This document shows, in pieces, positions 1 through 11,672 of a stretch of 56,710 nt of DNA. The position numbers were made by a program, and so were the translations under genes. This stretch comes from Macrostomum lignano. Lineage: Eukaryota. Each line of letters begins with the position of its first letter. The first letter of the stretch is position 1. Below the pieces are notes generated by a model. The model was not told where the DNA came from, did no database searches, and saw nothing but the letters and a program-made list of their open reading frames with translations. The stretch spans positions 1 through 56,710 of the forward strand of contig NIVC01004175.1 in the NCBI GenBank assembly GCA_002269645.1. The letters are read 5' to 3'.

Positions 1-290
1 ACGCTTCTAGACCCAGAGCACTTTTTTAATTACCGTTTTAAGGGTCTAGAGGGGGGACACGGGGGGTAAATAAAAAACACATCTAAACACCCTTAACACA
101 TCTAATCACCCATAATCACCCCTAACAATAAAAATCATTCCCAAAACTTCCAAACACTCCCAACACTCCCCTCGCGTCCCCCCTCTTAAGACCTTACAAA
201 CGGCCATTAAAATAAGGTCTGATCTAGAAGCGTCTTTTTTCTATACTACTACTCTATAACCCCTTGCCCGCGCCGCAGGCGCGAAGGGTC
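1..290 (+). repeat. Left TIR of the Polinton (outer ~16 bp missing from window)
   Basis: Reverse complement of 17427-17717. The differences I found are homopolymer lengths (T6/A5, C3/G4, A6/T7). Confidence 0.95.
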
Positions 291-474
291 GCGAAAGAAT
301 AGAAGCTATTTATAGTCAGCTCACCTACCCACCCAACATTCCATTTAGACCAGATTTTAGACCAAACAAAACTAGACTATCGTTTTGGTTTTCGTTTTCA
401 AAAAATTTGGTCTAAAATCTGGTCTAAATGGAATGCAGACAATCTTTTTTCTGTTACTAAAAATAGAACAAAAA

Positions 475-837
475 ATGACACACGTTACACATATGCAAAA
501 TCTGAATGAATTGCAGGTAGGAGACCAGTTGAATACCGAGGTGAGGGGCTTTTTGATGTGGTTGGAACAGCAGCAAATTTTGTTAAAGACAATATGGGCT
601 TCAAGGGCGCTGGCTCTGCAGCAGGTTCTATAACAAATGCTGTAAAAGGAGGAATTGAAGCAGCTAGAGCGGCAGAAGAACTAAAGAAATTGAGATTTTA
701 ACGACACCCTCTCACAAATAAATGCAATAAAAGATTTAAAGCTGGCACAAGCCGCACAACCAACAGAAACCCCCACGAAAAGCGCGCCAATAAGTAATAA
801 AGATATTCAGGATTTTAATAAAATGTTAAACTATTAA
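475..837 (+). CDS. Small putative virion core protein (~120 aa, read across two apparent frameshifts)
   Basis: AAAAATG start at 475. Joined frames give ...RRPVEYRGEGLFDVVGTAANFVKDNMGFKGAGSAAGSITNAVKGGIEAARAAEE..., with a GxG-L/F motif like other ORFs of the element. Confidence 0.5.
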
Positions 838-875
838 AGGTGGAAAAGGATTAAAGAAATTTTAACAATATAAAA

Positions 876-1845
876 ATGGACACAGATAACGACCGCTTAT
901 ATTTTATAGGAGAAATTGTAGATACTTTAGATCTAGATGATAATAAACATAGCCACACAATGTTAAAAAGATTGGATCGATTAGGTAAAAAGTTTGACTA
1001 CGACATCGATACATTTAAACTCGCAGCAAAATATGCACAAGAAGGAAGGCCAATATCCTTTAAGAATCGCGGCAGAAATTATAGGTTGACAGACTCCGAT
1101 GTGAAATTTTTAATGGAGACTCACACTAAAAAGGACGGCGGATTACTACCCATTCTACCGCTTCTTTTAGGACTTGGCGCAGCTGGAGCAGTCGGTTTAG
1201 CCGGAAAAAGAATTCATGATAATGTAAAACAGCTAGGAGAGTTAAGAGCGAAACAGGGGGGAATCTTGCCCCTTGCAGCTTTGCTCCCAATAATTTTTGC
1301 AGGAATTGGAGCAGCTGGAGGAGTTGCTGGCGGAGCAGCTGGAATTGCAAAAGCAGTAAATGACAAAAAAGCTGCGGACGAAAAAGCTAAAAGAGAGGCC
1401 GAATTTCAAAGACAGCAAATAACACAGGACGCACAATTCAAACAAAACTTATGATACATTAATAGTAGTTCAGCAACAGCAGAGCAAAAAAGAAATGCAG
1501 AAGCTAGGTTAGCAGCCGGAAAAGGTTTACTGTTAAATGGCATGGTTGGTACTAAAAGGAACAACCCAAGGAAGTGGAGTTGTCGCAGATAAACTACATG
1601 AATTTGGTCAAACTTTAGAAAAAACGGGTGAGAAAGCTAAAGGATTTTTTGACAATATTGGATCCAATTTTAGACCAGCTGTTCAGAAAATTTTTAATAA
1701 ATTAGGAAAAGATTTTAATATCATTGAAAAACACGACGGAAGCGGATTATATCTCGAAATGAGACCAAAAGCAGGTTCAGGAATTTTCTTAAATTCAAAC
1801 GTTATGGGCAATGGATTGCTATTACCAAAAGCAGATCTCGAATAG
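876..1845 (+). CDS. Putative membrane-active core protein with adenovirus pX-like segments and GxGL repeats (ORFs 876-1454 and 1537-1845 probably one gene)
   Basis: DGGLLPILPLLLGLGAAG and QGGILPLAALLPIIFAGIGAAGGVAGG resemble the adenovirus pX C-terminus (RGGILPLLIPLIAAAIGAVPG). The downstream part has GKGLL, GSGVV, GSGLY, GSGIF, GNGLL repeats. Confidence 0.65.
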
Positions 1846-1929
1846 GCTCCTGGGGGGAGGGTCTGGACACCAAAAACACAAAATTAAAAAATCAATAATT
1901 CAAACATTATATAAATTTTATTCTATAAA

Positions 1930-4900
1930 ATGGAAGCAATTTTAGCTCAAATCGACAACCCTGAACTTAGAGCGCAATTAATAGCTCAAATCGATGCACA
2001 ACGAATTGCCGATAGGGCTGAAATAGAAGCAAGAATTAGGGCAGAAAATGAGATACGTTTAGAAAGACAATTAAATGATATTAATAACCCCCAACCACAA
2101 GGACAAAATGGAGCTGAAGTAATATATATAGATATAGATATAAATACAAATTATAAAGAATTTTAAACAAATGAAAGATAAATTAAAGACCATATTAAAC
2201 AATTATACTATAAGGCCAAATAACAAACGACAGCCAATTAAGTATAAAATAGAAGTTGAAACAGAATTTAAAAAACCAAATATTCTTAATGCAAATTCAG
2301 AAATTGAAGTAATAAATAACTTTTCACAAGAATCATATAAAACATTATTATCAATGGGAAATTACAACAATCAATTCGATCAAATAGAAGCTGAGTTTGA
2401 TGAATGGATAGATAAGATGACAGAAAACGGATCTGGGTTTATATTTGTATCTGTAATTCAGCAATAGTAAAGATTGCACCATAGAAATTCTTAAAGGACG
2501 ATCACATATGAAGCTCAAATTTAAATCACCTATGATTATAAATCCAGACAATAAAGATAATAAATGTTTATTATGGTGTTTATTAATTCATAAATATCAC
2601 AATCAAGTAGAATCACACATTAATAAAATATATAATTATAGACAATATGAGGATGAAATAATAATGAAAAACATATCATACCCAGTAGCAATAGATGATA
2701 TATATAAGATTGAAAAAATGAATGGTTTAAATATTAATGTGTTTACAATTGAAGAACCAAAAGATCTAGAAGAAATTTTAACCGATCCAGAATGGTATAA
2801 GAAAAGGTGTTATCTTGTTAAGCCAGCAACTGATATAACAGCACCAGATCAAATCGATCTTTTGTACATGCAGCGCGAAAATGAAACACATTATATATAC
2901 ATAAAAGATATTAGTTCTTTTTAAGAGAAAATAGAAATAGATATCCACTATGTAGAAATTGTTTTACATTTAAAAAGGATGAAACAGCTCTTAAAAACCA
3001 CCAACGATTTTGTTTAGATCACAAATTTACTAATGCTATAATGCCAGCATCTGAAGATGCAACCCTAAAGTTCCAACAACATTATATGGCAGTTAAAAAA
3101 CCAATAGTAATATATGCTGATTTTGAAGCAACAAATGTTCCCTTAAAAGAATCACAGACGGCATCTGATGACGGTGAATGCACAAAAAAATTGGCACAAC
3201 AGTTTCCGAATAGTTATTGTATATATGTACACTCTGTAGCTGATCATATATTTAAATCAAGGATGATTACTTACCACGGTAATGATGCAGCTAAGCACAT
3301 GGCAGAATCATTAGTAAATGTATTTGAATATATTCAAAATCAATATGATAAATTATCAAAAAATATTAATATGACAAATAAGGATAGAGACAATTATAAA
3401 AATGCAACAAATTGTTTTATGTGCAAAAGACATTTAAGTAAGAATAATAAGATACGAGAACATTGTCATCTAACAGGAAATTATCGAGGGGCAGCATGTA
3501 GATCATGTAATGCAAAAGAAGGAAAAGGATGTAAGGAAATACCAGTATTTTTTCATAATGGTTCCGGATATGATTTTCATTTCTTAGTTCGAGAATTGCT
3601 TCATTTAGGAAAGGATGAATATGAAATAAATATATTACCTAAAACATCAGAAAATTACATATCAATAACATATGGTAAGAAATACTCCCATCTAGTTTTT
3701 CTAGATTCCTTGAGATTCTTATCAACATCTTTAGCAAATGTTGTTTCATCATTAGTTCCAAAACCATGGGATTTAGAAATAGTAAAGAAAAACTTTCCAA
3801 TACTATTGAATCGTTTCAAAAAGAAAAACTATCCGAGGAAGAACTAATGCTATTAACTCGTAAGGGCATCTATCCATATGAATATGTAACATCTGAAGAC
3901 GTATTTTTTCATACCGAATTACCCCCATAGAAAAGTTTTATTCACATTATCACAAACAAACATAAGTGAATCGGATTATGAACACGCTCAAAAAGTATGG
4001 AAATACTTTAATTGTAAAACATTTAAAGATTATCATAATCTATATCTTAAAGCAGATGTTCTCCTATTAGCTGATGCATTTGAAAACTTTAGGAATCATA
4101 CATATGAGAATTTTAAAATTGATCCCGCATATTGTTTCAGTGCACCGGGATTAACATGGGCTTGTGGTTTGAAACATACAGATGTTAAGATTGATTTACT
4201 AACTGATCATGATATGTTGTTAATGATTGAGAGAGGAATTCGCGGTGGATTCTCGGGTGTACTAGGAGATAGATATACTAAAGTAAATAATAAATATCTA
4301 CCAAATTATAATAAAAAAGAAAAATCATCATATGTATTATATCTAGATGCAAACAATTTATACGGTGGTTGTATGAAACAAAAATTACCAATAGCTGATT
4401 TCCAATGGGAAGATGACCCCGATTATTACAAAAATATTCCCGAAGGAAGGGGCTGTATCGTAGAAGTGGATTTGCAATATACTCGGGAAGCAAAAGCAAA
4501 AACATATAAATATCCTTTAGCTCCAGAGCATTGTTCAGTTAATGAAGATGATTTATCACAAACACAAAAAGATTATCTTAAAGTAGATAATGCAAAACAT
4601 CTAGCAACAAAAAAATTAATATTAAATTTACATGATAAGAAAAACTATGTAGTGCATTATAAGCTTCTACAATTTTATGAAAACAGGGATTAAAAGTGTC
4701 TAAAGTACATCGAACAATATCGTTTATTGAGGAAGATTGGTTAGCTAAATATATTGACTTTAATTCAAATCAGAGACAGATGTCAAAAACAAATTTTGAG
4801 AAAGATTATTGGAAATTAATGAATAATGCTTTTTATGGAAAAACGGTTGAAAATATTAGAGATAGAACCCAATTCCATTTAGAAAAGGATATTGATAAAG

Positions 4901-5884
4901 CAAAGAAATATTTCTCAAAACCTAACTTTAAAGACTTTATAAAATTTGATGATAACTTTATGGGTATTCATATGAGAAATAAAACAACAAAATTTCTTAA
5001 ACCAATATTTATTGGAATGGTTGTTTTAGATTATGCAAAGCTGGTAATGTATGAATATTATTATGATGTTATAAATAAAACATGGCCAGATAACTATCCA
5101 ATATATGCAGACACCGACAGTTTGGTATTTAAGGTTGAAACAGAGGATCGGCAAAGCCGCGAACCAAAGGTTCGATGTCTATAAAGATATGGAAAAAATT
5201 AAGGATACACTGGATACCTCCGACTATCCGGATAACCATCCTTTAAAATCAGATCAAAATAAAAAAGTTGTACTTAAAATGAAAGATGAATTAAATAGCA
5301 AAATCATAACCGAGTTTATAGCAATAAGATCAAAATGCTATGCATTTAAGGTTTTAGGACAGGAGGGAGAGGTAAAAAAAATAAAAGGGGTATCAAGAGC
5401 AGCAGTAAAAAAGATAACATTTGATGATTATAAAAACGTACTTTTAGATTACCTTAATACAATTGAAAATTATCATGCTCCACAATATCGATTAAATTCA
5501 GATAAGCATCAGATGTTTGTCATCGAGACAGATAAAAAAACATTAAGTCCATTTGATGATAAAAGATATTTAGATGATAAAATTAAAACATATCCATATG
5601 GTTTAAAAGAAGAGATAAAAAATATGATAAAAGATAAAAAACAAAAAGAAGATATAATAAGTAAATATAATGAATACAAAGCGGCAATAAATAATTATTA
5701 TTACGATTGTGATTGTGAATCCGAATGTGATTGTGAATATAATACATTTCTAGAATATGAAAAAGATATAGATAATTATTATTCAACATTTCCAAAAGAA
5801 CTTAAAAAATTAAATAAGGAAAAAGTCTTGAATAACTGGAAGAGATTAACAGAAAAATTACTTATCGGGTCTGTAAAAAACTAA
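1930..5884 (+). CDS. polB: Protein-primed family B DNA polymerase (pPolB), split into ~7 ORFs by indels; start could be 1930 or 2171
   Basis: N-terminal GSGF...IINPDNKDNKCLLW; ExoI VIYADFEA; endonuclease VII-like Zn insert CFMC...HCHLTGNYRGAACRSCN; ExoII FHNGSGYDF; ExoIII YLKADVLLLADAFENFR (in the unannotated 3950-4160 frame); PolA YLDANNLYG; PolB KLMNNAFYGKT; PolC YADTDS. Confidence 0.95.
5149..5176. repeat. Double-hairpin insertion in polB (28 nt)
   Basis: AT|CGGC-AAA-GCCG|CGAACC-AAA-GGTTCG|AT; removal restores ETEDVYKDM. Confidence 0.85.
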
Positions 5885-6217
5885 AGCATGTAATTGTTTG
5901 AGCAAATCATTAACTTCAATTTCATATATTATTGAGCACCAATTATCCTCACAGTCGGCAGGGTAACTTAAACAATCCTTTATTTTTTTCCTAAGTTTTT
6001 TTATTTTTCTAACCAATCTATCTATTTCAATTTCAATTACTATTTCAGCATAAACAATATCTTGTCTTAAAAAACGTTTTCTTTTATCTATCTCATATCG
6101 GATGGGAAACATATCGTCCCCATACTCATGATATTTCTGAGATATAATTATATTTATTTTTTTATTAATATCATTAAGTTCACGCTCTTTAGTGATAAGG
6201 ATTTTTATCGTATCCAT
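5858..6217 (-). CDS. Hypothetical coiled-coil accessory protein, 119 aa
   Basis: Open ORF with A-rich ATG context, convergent with polB; no recognisable motif. Confidence 0.55.
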   Translation of the reverse strand: MDTIKILITKERELNDINKKINIIISQKYHEYGDDMFPIRYEIDKRKRFLRQDIVYAEIVIEIEIDRLVRKIKKLRKKIKDCLSYPADCEDNWCSIIYEIEVNDLLKQLHALVFYRPDK

Positions 6218-6232
6218 TTTCTTATAAAAAAT

Positions 6233-6565
6233 TTAGTCTTCGTCGTCATCCTCCCAAACAGCCGCCAATTTTACAGTCCTATCACTCTTTTTATTATTTG
6301 TTTGTTTTAGTTTAAATTGCAATCCACCCTCGTTGCAGTATTTCATAACAAACGCTTTAGGTTTATTAATAACTAAAACAGGAAAATTTTTAACATCATC
6401 TCCGCTTAGACATAAAATTTTTTGCCCATCTAATTGTAAAAATATTGATTGAAGCCCAATAAATTTAACCTGTCTCAAACATACAATATTATATTCTTTA
6501 TTCTCCAACATATTGGGTGTGAGATAATTAATCACATTAGAATCGGTTTTGAACCAGCTCTCCAT
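6233..6565 (-). CDS. Hypothetical accessory protein, 110 aa, acidic C-terminus (WEDDDED)
   Basis: AAAATG start; tight packing with neighbouring ORFs. Confidence 0.6.
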   Translation of the reverse strand: MESWFKTDSNVINYLTPNMLENKEYNIVCLRQVKFIGLQSIFLQLDGQKILCLSGDDVKNFPVLVINKPKAFVMKYCNEGGLQFKLKQTNNKKSDRTVKLAAVWEDDDED

Positions 6566-6591
6566 TTTTAATCTAAAAAAATAACAAAAAA

Positions 6592-7104
6592 ATGAAAGAC
6601 ATTTATGTTTGTAATAAATGTAATGTGACTATGCACAGAGGGCAAACAGCAAACGGAGATATATATCATATGTGTTATTCATGTTCTAAAATATATCAAT
6701 TTGAAAAAACAAAAAAGATTGAAAACTCATATTACTATTTTAAAAACACAATTTTAAGAAATCTTACAAGAGACATTTCTGATCCAATTTTAATTCCCGG
6801 AAATAATGTTTATTTATATAATAACTTTTTCCATTTAAATAAAGGAAAGGGATTAAGTTCGAAAGACTCCGAAAGGATTTTAATTTTAGTTGGATATTAT
6901 TTCAATTTTCTTATTCGAGAGAATACAAAGTTTATAAGGATAGGTAACATACCTAACGAAATGTTATTGAAAAAGTCATTGGAATTTTTATGTATTGATA
7001 AAAAATTTAAACCTAGGATCAGAAGAGAGTTACCACTTTGGGAAGAATATATAACATATGCATTAAATAAATTAAACAACATTAAGTTCTACAGCACTTC
7101 CTGA
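6592..7104 (+). CDS. Hypothetical protein with N-terminal Zn-ribbon (CNKC...CYSC), 170 aa
   Basis: Two CxxC motifs 17 aa apart; AAAATG start. Confidence 0.6.
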   Translation: MKDIYVCNKCNVTMHRGQTANGDIYHMCYSCSKIYQFEKTKKIENSYYYFKNTILRNLTRDISDPILIPGNNVYLYNNFFHLNKGKGLSSKDSERILILVGYYFNFLIRENTKFIRIGNIPNEMLLKKSLEFLCIDKKFKPRIRRELPLWEEYITYALNKLNNIKFYSTS

Positions 7105-7728
7105 CCGCGGGCTTTGTGCCCCAGTAGCAATAGTTTCAGGTTCGTAAATACCTAATGTTTCTATCGGTGGAGCTTTGGGTTTATCGAGTCTCAACTCTTT
7201 TAATTCCATATCGGTAAAAGTTTCAACATCTAAAATTCTATTTCTATCTTTTAAATATTTTTCATATAATTCAACCGCGGTTGATAACTCGTGAATCGTT
7301 ATCTCTCCGTCATCCAATATTTTTTGCACATATAAATATAATTGATTTTTATATTGCTTGGCAACATCTCTTAATGATTTATATTTTTCCTTTCTTTTTT
7401 TAAGATATAATTTAATTGCTAAAAGTATTGATAAGTTCCTGATCAATTCAAAACCTGATATTGAGCCAATTGAAATACCTAAAAATAATTGAGATAAATT
7501 AAGAGTTGGAATAGATTGTAAAATACCTAAAACGATTACACATAACATTGATAAGCTTCCAAATCCAATATTGAAAAAGTCCATATTTCTTATATGGTTT
7601 GAAACTCTTCTTACTTTTTTAGCATATAAATCATAATCATAGTTAATACGATCAACATTACTTAACATCTGGCCTTTACGTTGGTTGAACCGGTCGCGTT
7701 CCCATTTATCTGCTTCAGATACCGACAT
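7072..7728 (-). CDS. Two-TM membrane protein, 218 aa
   Basis: Hydrophobic hairpin FFNIGFGSLSMLCVIVLGILQSIPTLNLSQLFLGISIGSISGFELI between basic helices. Confidence 0.7.
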   Translation of the reverse strand: MSVSEADKWERDRFNQRKGQMLSNVDRINYDYDLYAKKVRRVSNHIRNMDFFNIGFGSLSMLCVIVLGILQSIPTLNLSQLFLGISIGSISGFELIRNLSILLAIKLYLKKRKEKYKSLRDVAKQYKNQLYLYVQKILDDGEITIHELSTAVELYEKYLKDRNRILDVETFTDMELKELRLDKPKAPPIETLGIYEPETIATGAQSPRSGSAVELNVV

Positions 7729-7740
7729 TCTCGTCTATTT

Positions 7741-8019
7741 TTAATAGCACCAAAATGAATTCCCCGAGCTCAATAGGTATTGTATTGGAGTTATTCTTTC
7801 TTTTTTCTCCCATTTAAATCCTATTTTCCAAAACTCTTGAAGTATAATATGATTTTTTAATAACTTAATTAATTCTTGAAGCTTCTTATTATCCTGAACA
7901 TTTACAGTACTAAATAAAAATTTGGTATGAGATTTGAATGTTTTTATATTTGATTCTTGTTTAGGAATAGGAATAATAACATTATTTTGCCGCATCGATG
8001 GAGTTCTACTAAAAGCCAT
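7741..8019 (-). CDS. Small hypothetical protein (~92 aa, MAFSRTPSMRQ...)
   Basis: AAAATG at 8019. The ORF track fuses it to the preceding lectin exon frame only because of a frameshift near 8170. Confidence 0.5.
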   Translation of the reverse strand: MAFSRTPSMRQNNVIIPIPKQESNIKTFKSHTKFLFSTVNVQDNKKLQELIKLLKNHIILQEFWKIGFKWEKKERITPIQYLLSSGNSFWCY

Positions 8020-8050
8020 TTTATATAGAAATATTTTATATATAAATATT

Positions 8051-10094
8051 TTATATTTGAGTAGGAGGTTTTTCCAAATAAGCAGTAGAGGGAAAAACAT
8101 AACCAAACGACGTACTACCACATACAACTGCACCACGAATAAAATGTGCAGCATCCGCTCCACCAGTTCGACACCAAAACCCATAAGGGTTCCAGATTTA
8201 TCTAAAGTTCCCCAAGTTCCACTATCATATGTGAAAACGTTCTGTCCAATGAGGGTAAAAGAATCACCAGCAACATTGTATGACTGTAATCGGTACCAAA
8301 CCCTTTGATTTAAAATATTAACTTCAAATAAATGCCAATTGCCGTTATCAATATTAGCATAGGCTACAGTTTGATCTGCGCCAGTATTAACATCCGCGCG
8401 GCTTGATCCGTCTGATTTTTTATTACTCCAAACAACTCCAAACCTATCAGTCCACTCACTAGCAAACACTATCAGCCCGGCGTCGGTTGATAATCCAGTT
8501 CCAAATTCCGATGTTGGACGTTGGTGACAGTATGCATAAAACCAAACCGCATCTGCACCATCTCCTGTAGAATTAGCAACTCGGAAAAAGAAAGACGCAG
8601 ATATATTTTGAAAATGTGTGAAATTGAATTGTAAAGCACCACTTACTCCAGAGTTTCACGAGTAATTCTAGCGCCGTTTTGATAATCGATATAAGAAGCG
8701 TCACCAATTAAAGAACCGACTGGATATATATCTCCGGCGGTTGTTGGATTTTGATATCCAGACCAATTGCAAATTACTGGTTCGAACAAGGCCGCATCAA
8801 TAGCAGGTATTCCATCCAATTTATTTTTATCGCTTCCAGACATTCTACCATTTGATGTTGGAGTAGCTAGCTGATCTACGTACGCTCGCGGAACTGCAGA
8901 AAGTATTTGAGTTGGCCAATTAAGATCTTGAATTTCAACACGGTGTTCAAATAATTGTATTTGACGAACCTCGATAGGTTGTGTACCGGTACCACCAGTT
9001 GGGAAGAATACGCTATAATATTTCCAAAAATTAGTCGTTAAATTAGATAGAGCAAATGATGTTGCTTGAACTGGTGATCCCGACGTAGTTAATGTTGTCC
9101 ATGAATCGGTAGCAACATTTTTTGCGCGAACCGACCACCCCGAGGGTATCTCAATTGTTTCACTGCCTGTAATTCTTAATTCAAATATTCTTCTATTATA
9201 ACCTAAAAATTCAAATTGAATTTCCATATTGGTTGTGGTTCCGGTATTTGGTGACCATTGTGTCGCAAGGCTTCCATCTCCAACTCGAAAAGCTGTGTTG
9301 CCATTTTCAGATGCTGTAAGAACAACATCAGGATTTGAAGTATTTGATGTAAGCGGCGTGGTAAAAATATCGGCGTCGGTTGCATTAGCTCGCTCGTTTA
9401 CTTGGCCTAGAGTTATCGAGTCTGCGTTCTCTGTTCCAAATAATAAATTTGTTAATTTAAAATTATTCATATTAATATTACCACTACGAGTGGCAACTTG
9501 ATTATCGACATAGTTCTTATCAACCACTGAATCACTAGTTGTAATTGAAACATTTATAATTCGGTTGTTGCTCATATCTAGGTTTCCGGTTGCGGTGGTT
9601 TGAACATAACGTGAATCAGAATCAGTTCGAGAATAAGAATCAGTTACATCTCTTTTTAAATTTAATCCATTATCAACTTCGGTTTTGGTATAAGAATCGG
9701 CTACGTTCCGTTTCAAATTTAATGAATTATCAACTTCGGTTTTGGTATAAGAATCGGCTGTATTGCGTTTTAAATTTAATGAATTATCAACTTCGGTTTT
9801 GGTATAAGAATCGGCTGTATTGCGTTTTAAATTTAATGAATTATCAACTTCGGTTTTGGTATAGGAATCGGCTACGTTCCGTTTCAGATTTAGTGAATCA
9901 TCTATTTGAGTTTTGGTATAGGAATCTGCAACATTTCTTTTTAAATTTAATTTATTATCAATTTCAGTTTTTTTATAACCTTCATCCTCATTAATATATC
10001 GATTATCTCCAAATGTAACACTTATTCCACCAGATGTGCCACCACCACCACTACTTGTTGTTCCGTTCCATGAGGGTGTTCCAGAAAATAACAT
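8051..10094 (-). CDS. Fibre/receptor-binding-like protein (~680 aa; two apparent frameshifts near 8645 and 8170)
   Basis: 19-aa repeats YTKTEVDNSLNLKRNTADS (57 bp, ~6 copies, ~9640-9985); trimeric-fibre motifs LDMSNNRIINV..D.V.KNYVD and MNNFKLTNL..GT..DSITLGQV; discoidin-like AFRVGDGSLATQW; C-terminal ConA/L-lectin-like GDGADAVWF...MGFG-RTGGADAAHFIR. The reading frame continues through the 8470-8642 gap. Confidence 0.7.
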
Positions 10095-10125
10095 TTTTTA
10101 CTGTCTATTTTATAGAGTCTAAAAT

Positions 10126-10185
10126 CGCCCCGTAGGGTCGCGGACTCCGTCCGATCGAACCTTAGGTTCGCATGCTTTGCATGAT
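10126..10185. repeat. Two tandem double-hairpin units (2 x 30 nt) at the protease 3' end
   Basis: AT|CGCCCCGTAGGGTCG|CGGACTCCGTCCG|AT|CGAACCTTAGGTTCG|CATGCTTTGCATG|AT; removal restores KTILDSIK*. Confidence 0.85.
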
Positions 10186-10601
10186 AGTCTTAAATACTTC
10201 GGGGGTTTCCTTCGAGTTATTAATTTTATATAAAAAATACAACGCCGCTTGCCCGCAATAACTTTTATCAAAGGTTTGAAATTGTTCGTGATGATCTCCA
10301 CATAAACGATTTTTAGTATGATTAAATTTATCTTTTATTTCCTGTAACGGAGGAAGCGCGTATGAATCAAAAAAATAAACAAGTTTTGGTTTTGAATAAA
10401 CTGCTGACCAATGAACACCATTTTCTTTTGTTGTTTCAATATTAACAATGAAACATCCATATTGTGGTAAGTCTTTGATCTCATCCGCATAACACATCTG
10501 AATGGTTTTATTTTTAACTGCCTCGCCCAATTTGTTAATTCGATATTGCTTGTTGTGTCCGTTCCATATCTTTGTTTAAAATCATCCCACGTCATGGTCA
10601 T
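10162..10601 (-). CDS. Adenain-like maturation cysteine protease (one frameshift near 10490)
   Basis: GVHWSAV (His), YFFDSYA (Asp), QFQ...SYCG (Gln/Cys). Confidence 0.9.
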
Positions 10602-10602
10602 T

Positions 10603-10812
10603 TTATGTTCCTGAAAAACTCTTGGTTTTAGTTAGTTTCGTAGGTGTGGGTTTTAACAATTCCTTTCTTATTTTATCAGCTTGTAACTGCCTTAATTTTG
10701 CTAGTTCTAGTTCGTAATTATCTTCAGCTTTTTTAACTTTTTCTGATTGTTTTTTTATTAAATTATTATTATTATCGTGCTTTGCACGCGAACATGTTGT
10801 TCGATTACCCAT
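10603..10812 (-). CDS. Small basic protein, 69 aa, MG- N-terminus
   Basis: AAAAATG start; fills the gap between penton and protease. Confidence 0.5.
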   Translation of the reverse strand: MGNRTTCSRAKHDNNNNLIKKQSEKVKKAEDNYELELAKLRQLQADKIRKELLKPTPTKLTKTKSFSGT

Positions 10813-10822
10813 TTTTACAGTA

Positions 10823-11607
10823 CTAAACCTGTTTTATACGTAAAATTATTGTTATTGATTGCCCACCAAAACTTATTAATCTATCGCTTTCATCTACAAT
10901 CCTAATATAAATTGATTGAACGCTATATTGATTTAAAGGATAATATATTGGGGTTTGGGTGCAACAATCATTTTCTCTCCAATTGGAACAGCAAGAAATG
11001 GGATTGAATAAATAATTCCACGTTGAACCAAAACTCCGTTATCGTCTGTTATATAACCACCGTTTGAAATGTCGGTTGTTATATTAATTGTATTTACTCC
11101 ACCCTCTATATTTCCAACTGTATCACCGGTGCTTGATGTGGTAACTATTCGGGAATTAAATCCAAGTATGGTTCTGAGTGAATTTGCAATTGTGAAATCA
11201 ACCTGATATCCGGATCCTAGTGATAGTGTGAATCTGCCAGACGGTAAATCAACACCTATAACAATTGCTCCTGCTACCCAATCACCATTAGTTGTTAATT
11301 CTCCTTCTATATAAGCATTCAAATCAGTATAGCTATACGCTCCTGGGTTAACGCTAAATGTTGTCCAATTGGCTCCGGAATCTTTAGAATATCTAAATTG
11401 ATTATTTGTTGCATTAATTAATTGAGGCATGTTGAAAACCGAAAATAGTATTAAACCTATTTGATAACTTAGGCTTTGATCAAGTTGTAATGGATCGCGC
11501 AATTGAATCCGTTGCTCGCTGGTTGTCATTATAAACTGTAATGTTGTACTAAATTTTGAATTAGTTCGATCTACCAATTGTTTTATAGTATTTAAATTTG
11601 TAGTCAT
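10823..11607 (-). CDS. Minor capsid protein (penton, single jelly-roll); frameshift near 10945
   Basis: INATNNQFRY..VNPGAYSYTDLN motif; C-terminus continues in another frame as YPLNQYSVQSIYIRIVDESDRLISFGGQSITIILRIKQV*. Confidence 0.85.
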
Positions 11608-11627
11608 TTTTATAGTGGGAAATTAAT

Positions 11628-11672
11628 CGGACGAAGTCCGATCGTTCCGAAGGTACGCGTGCTATGCACGAT
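11628..11672. repeat. Single plus double hairpin units at the ATPase 3' end (45 nt)
   Basis: AT|CGGACGAAGTCCG|AT|CGTTCCGAAGGTACG|CGTGCTATGCACG|AT. Confidence 0.8.

Noticed and set aside
8470-8642. Gap in the fibre region as a second intron
   Set aside because: It translates openly (GVSGALQFNF...GDGADAVWF) in a shifted frame; no P3/P7 core.
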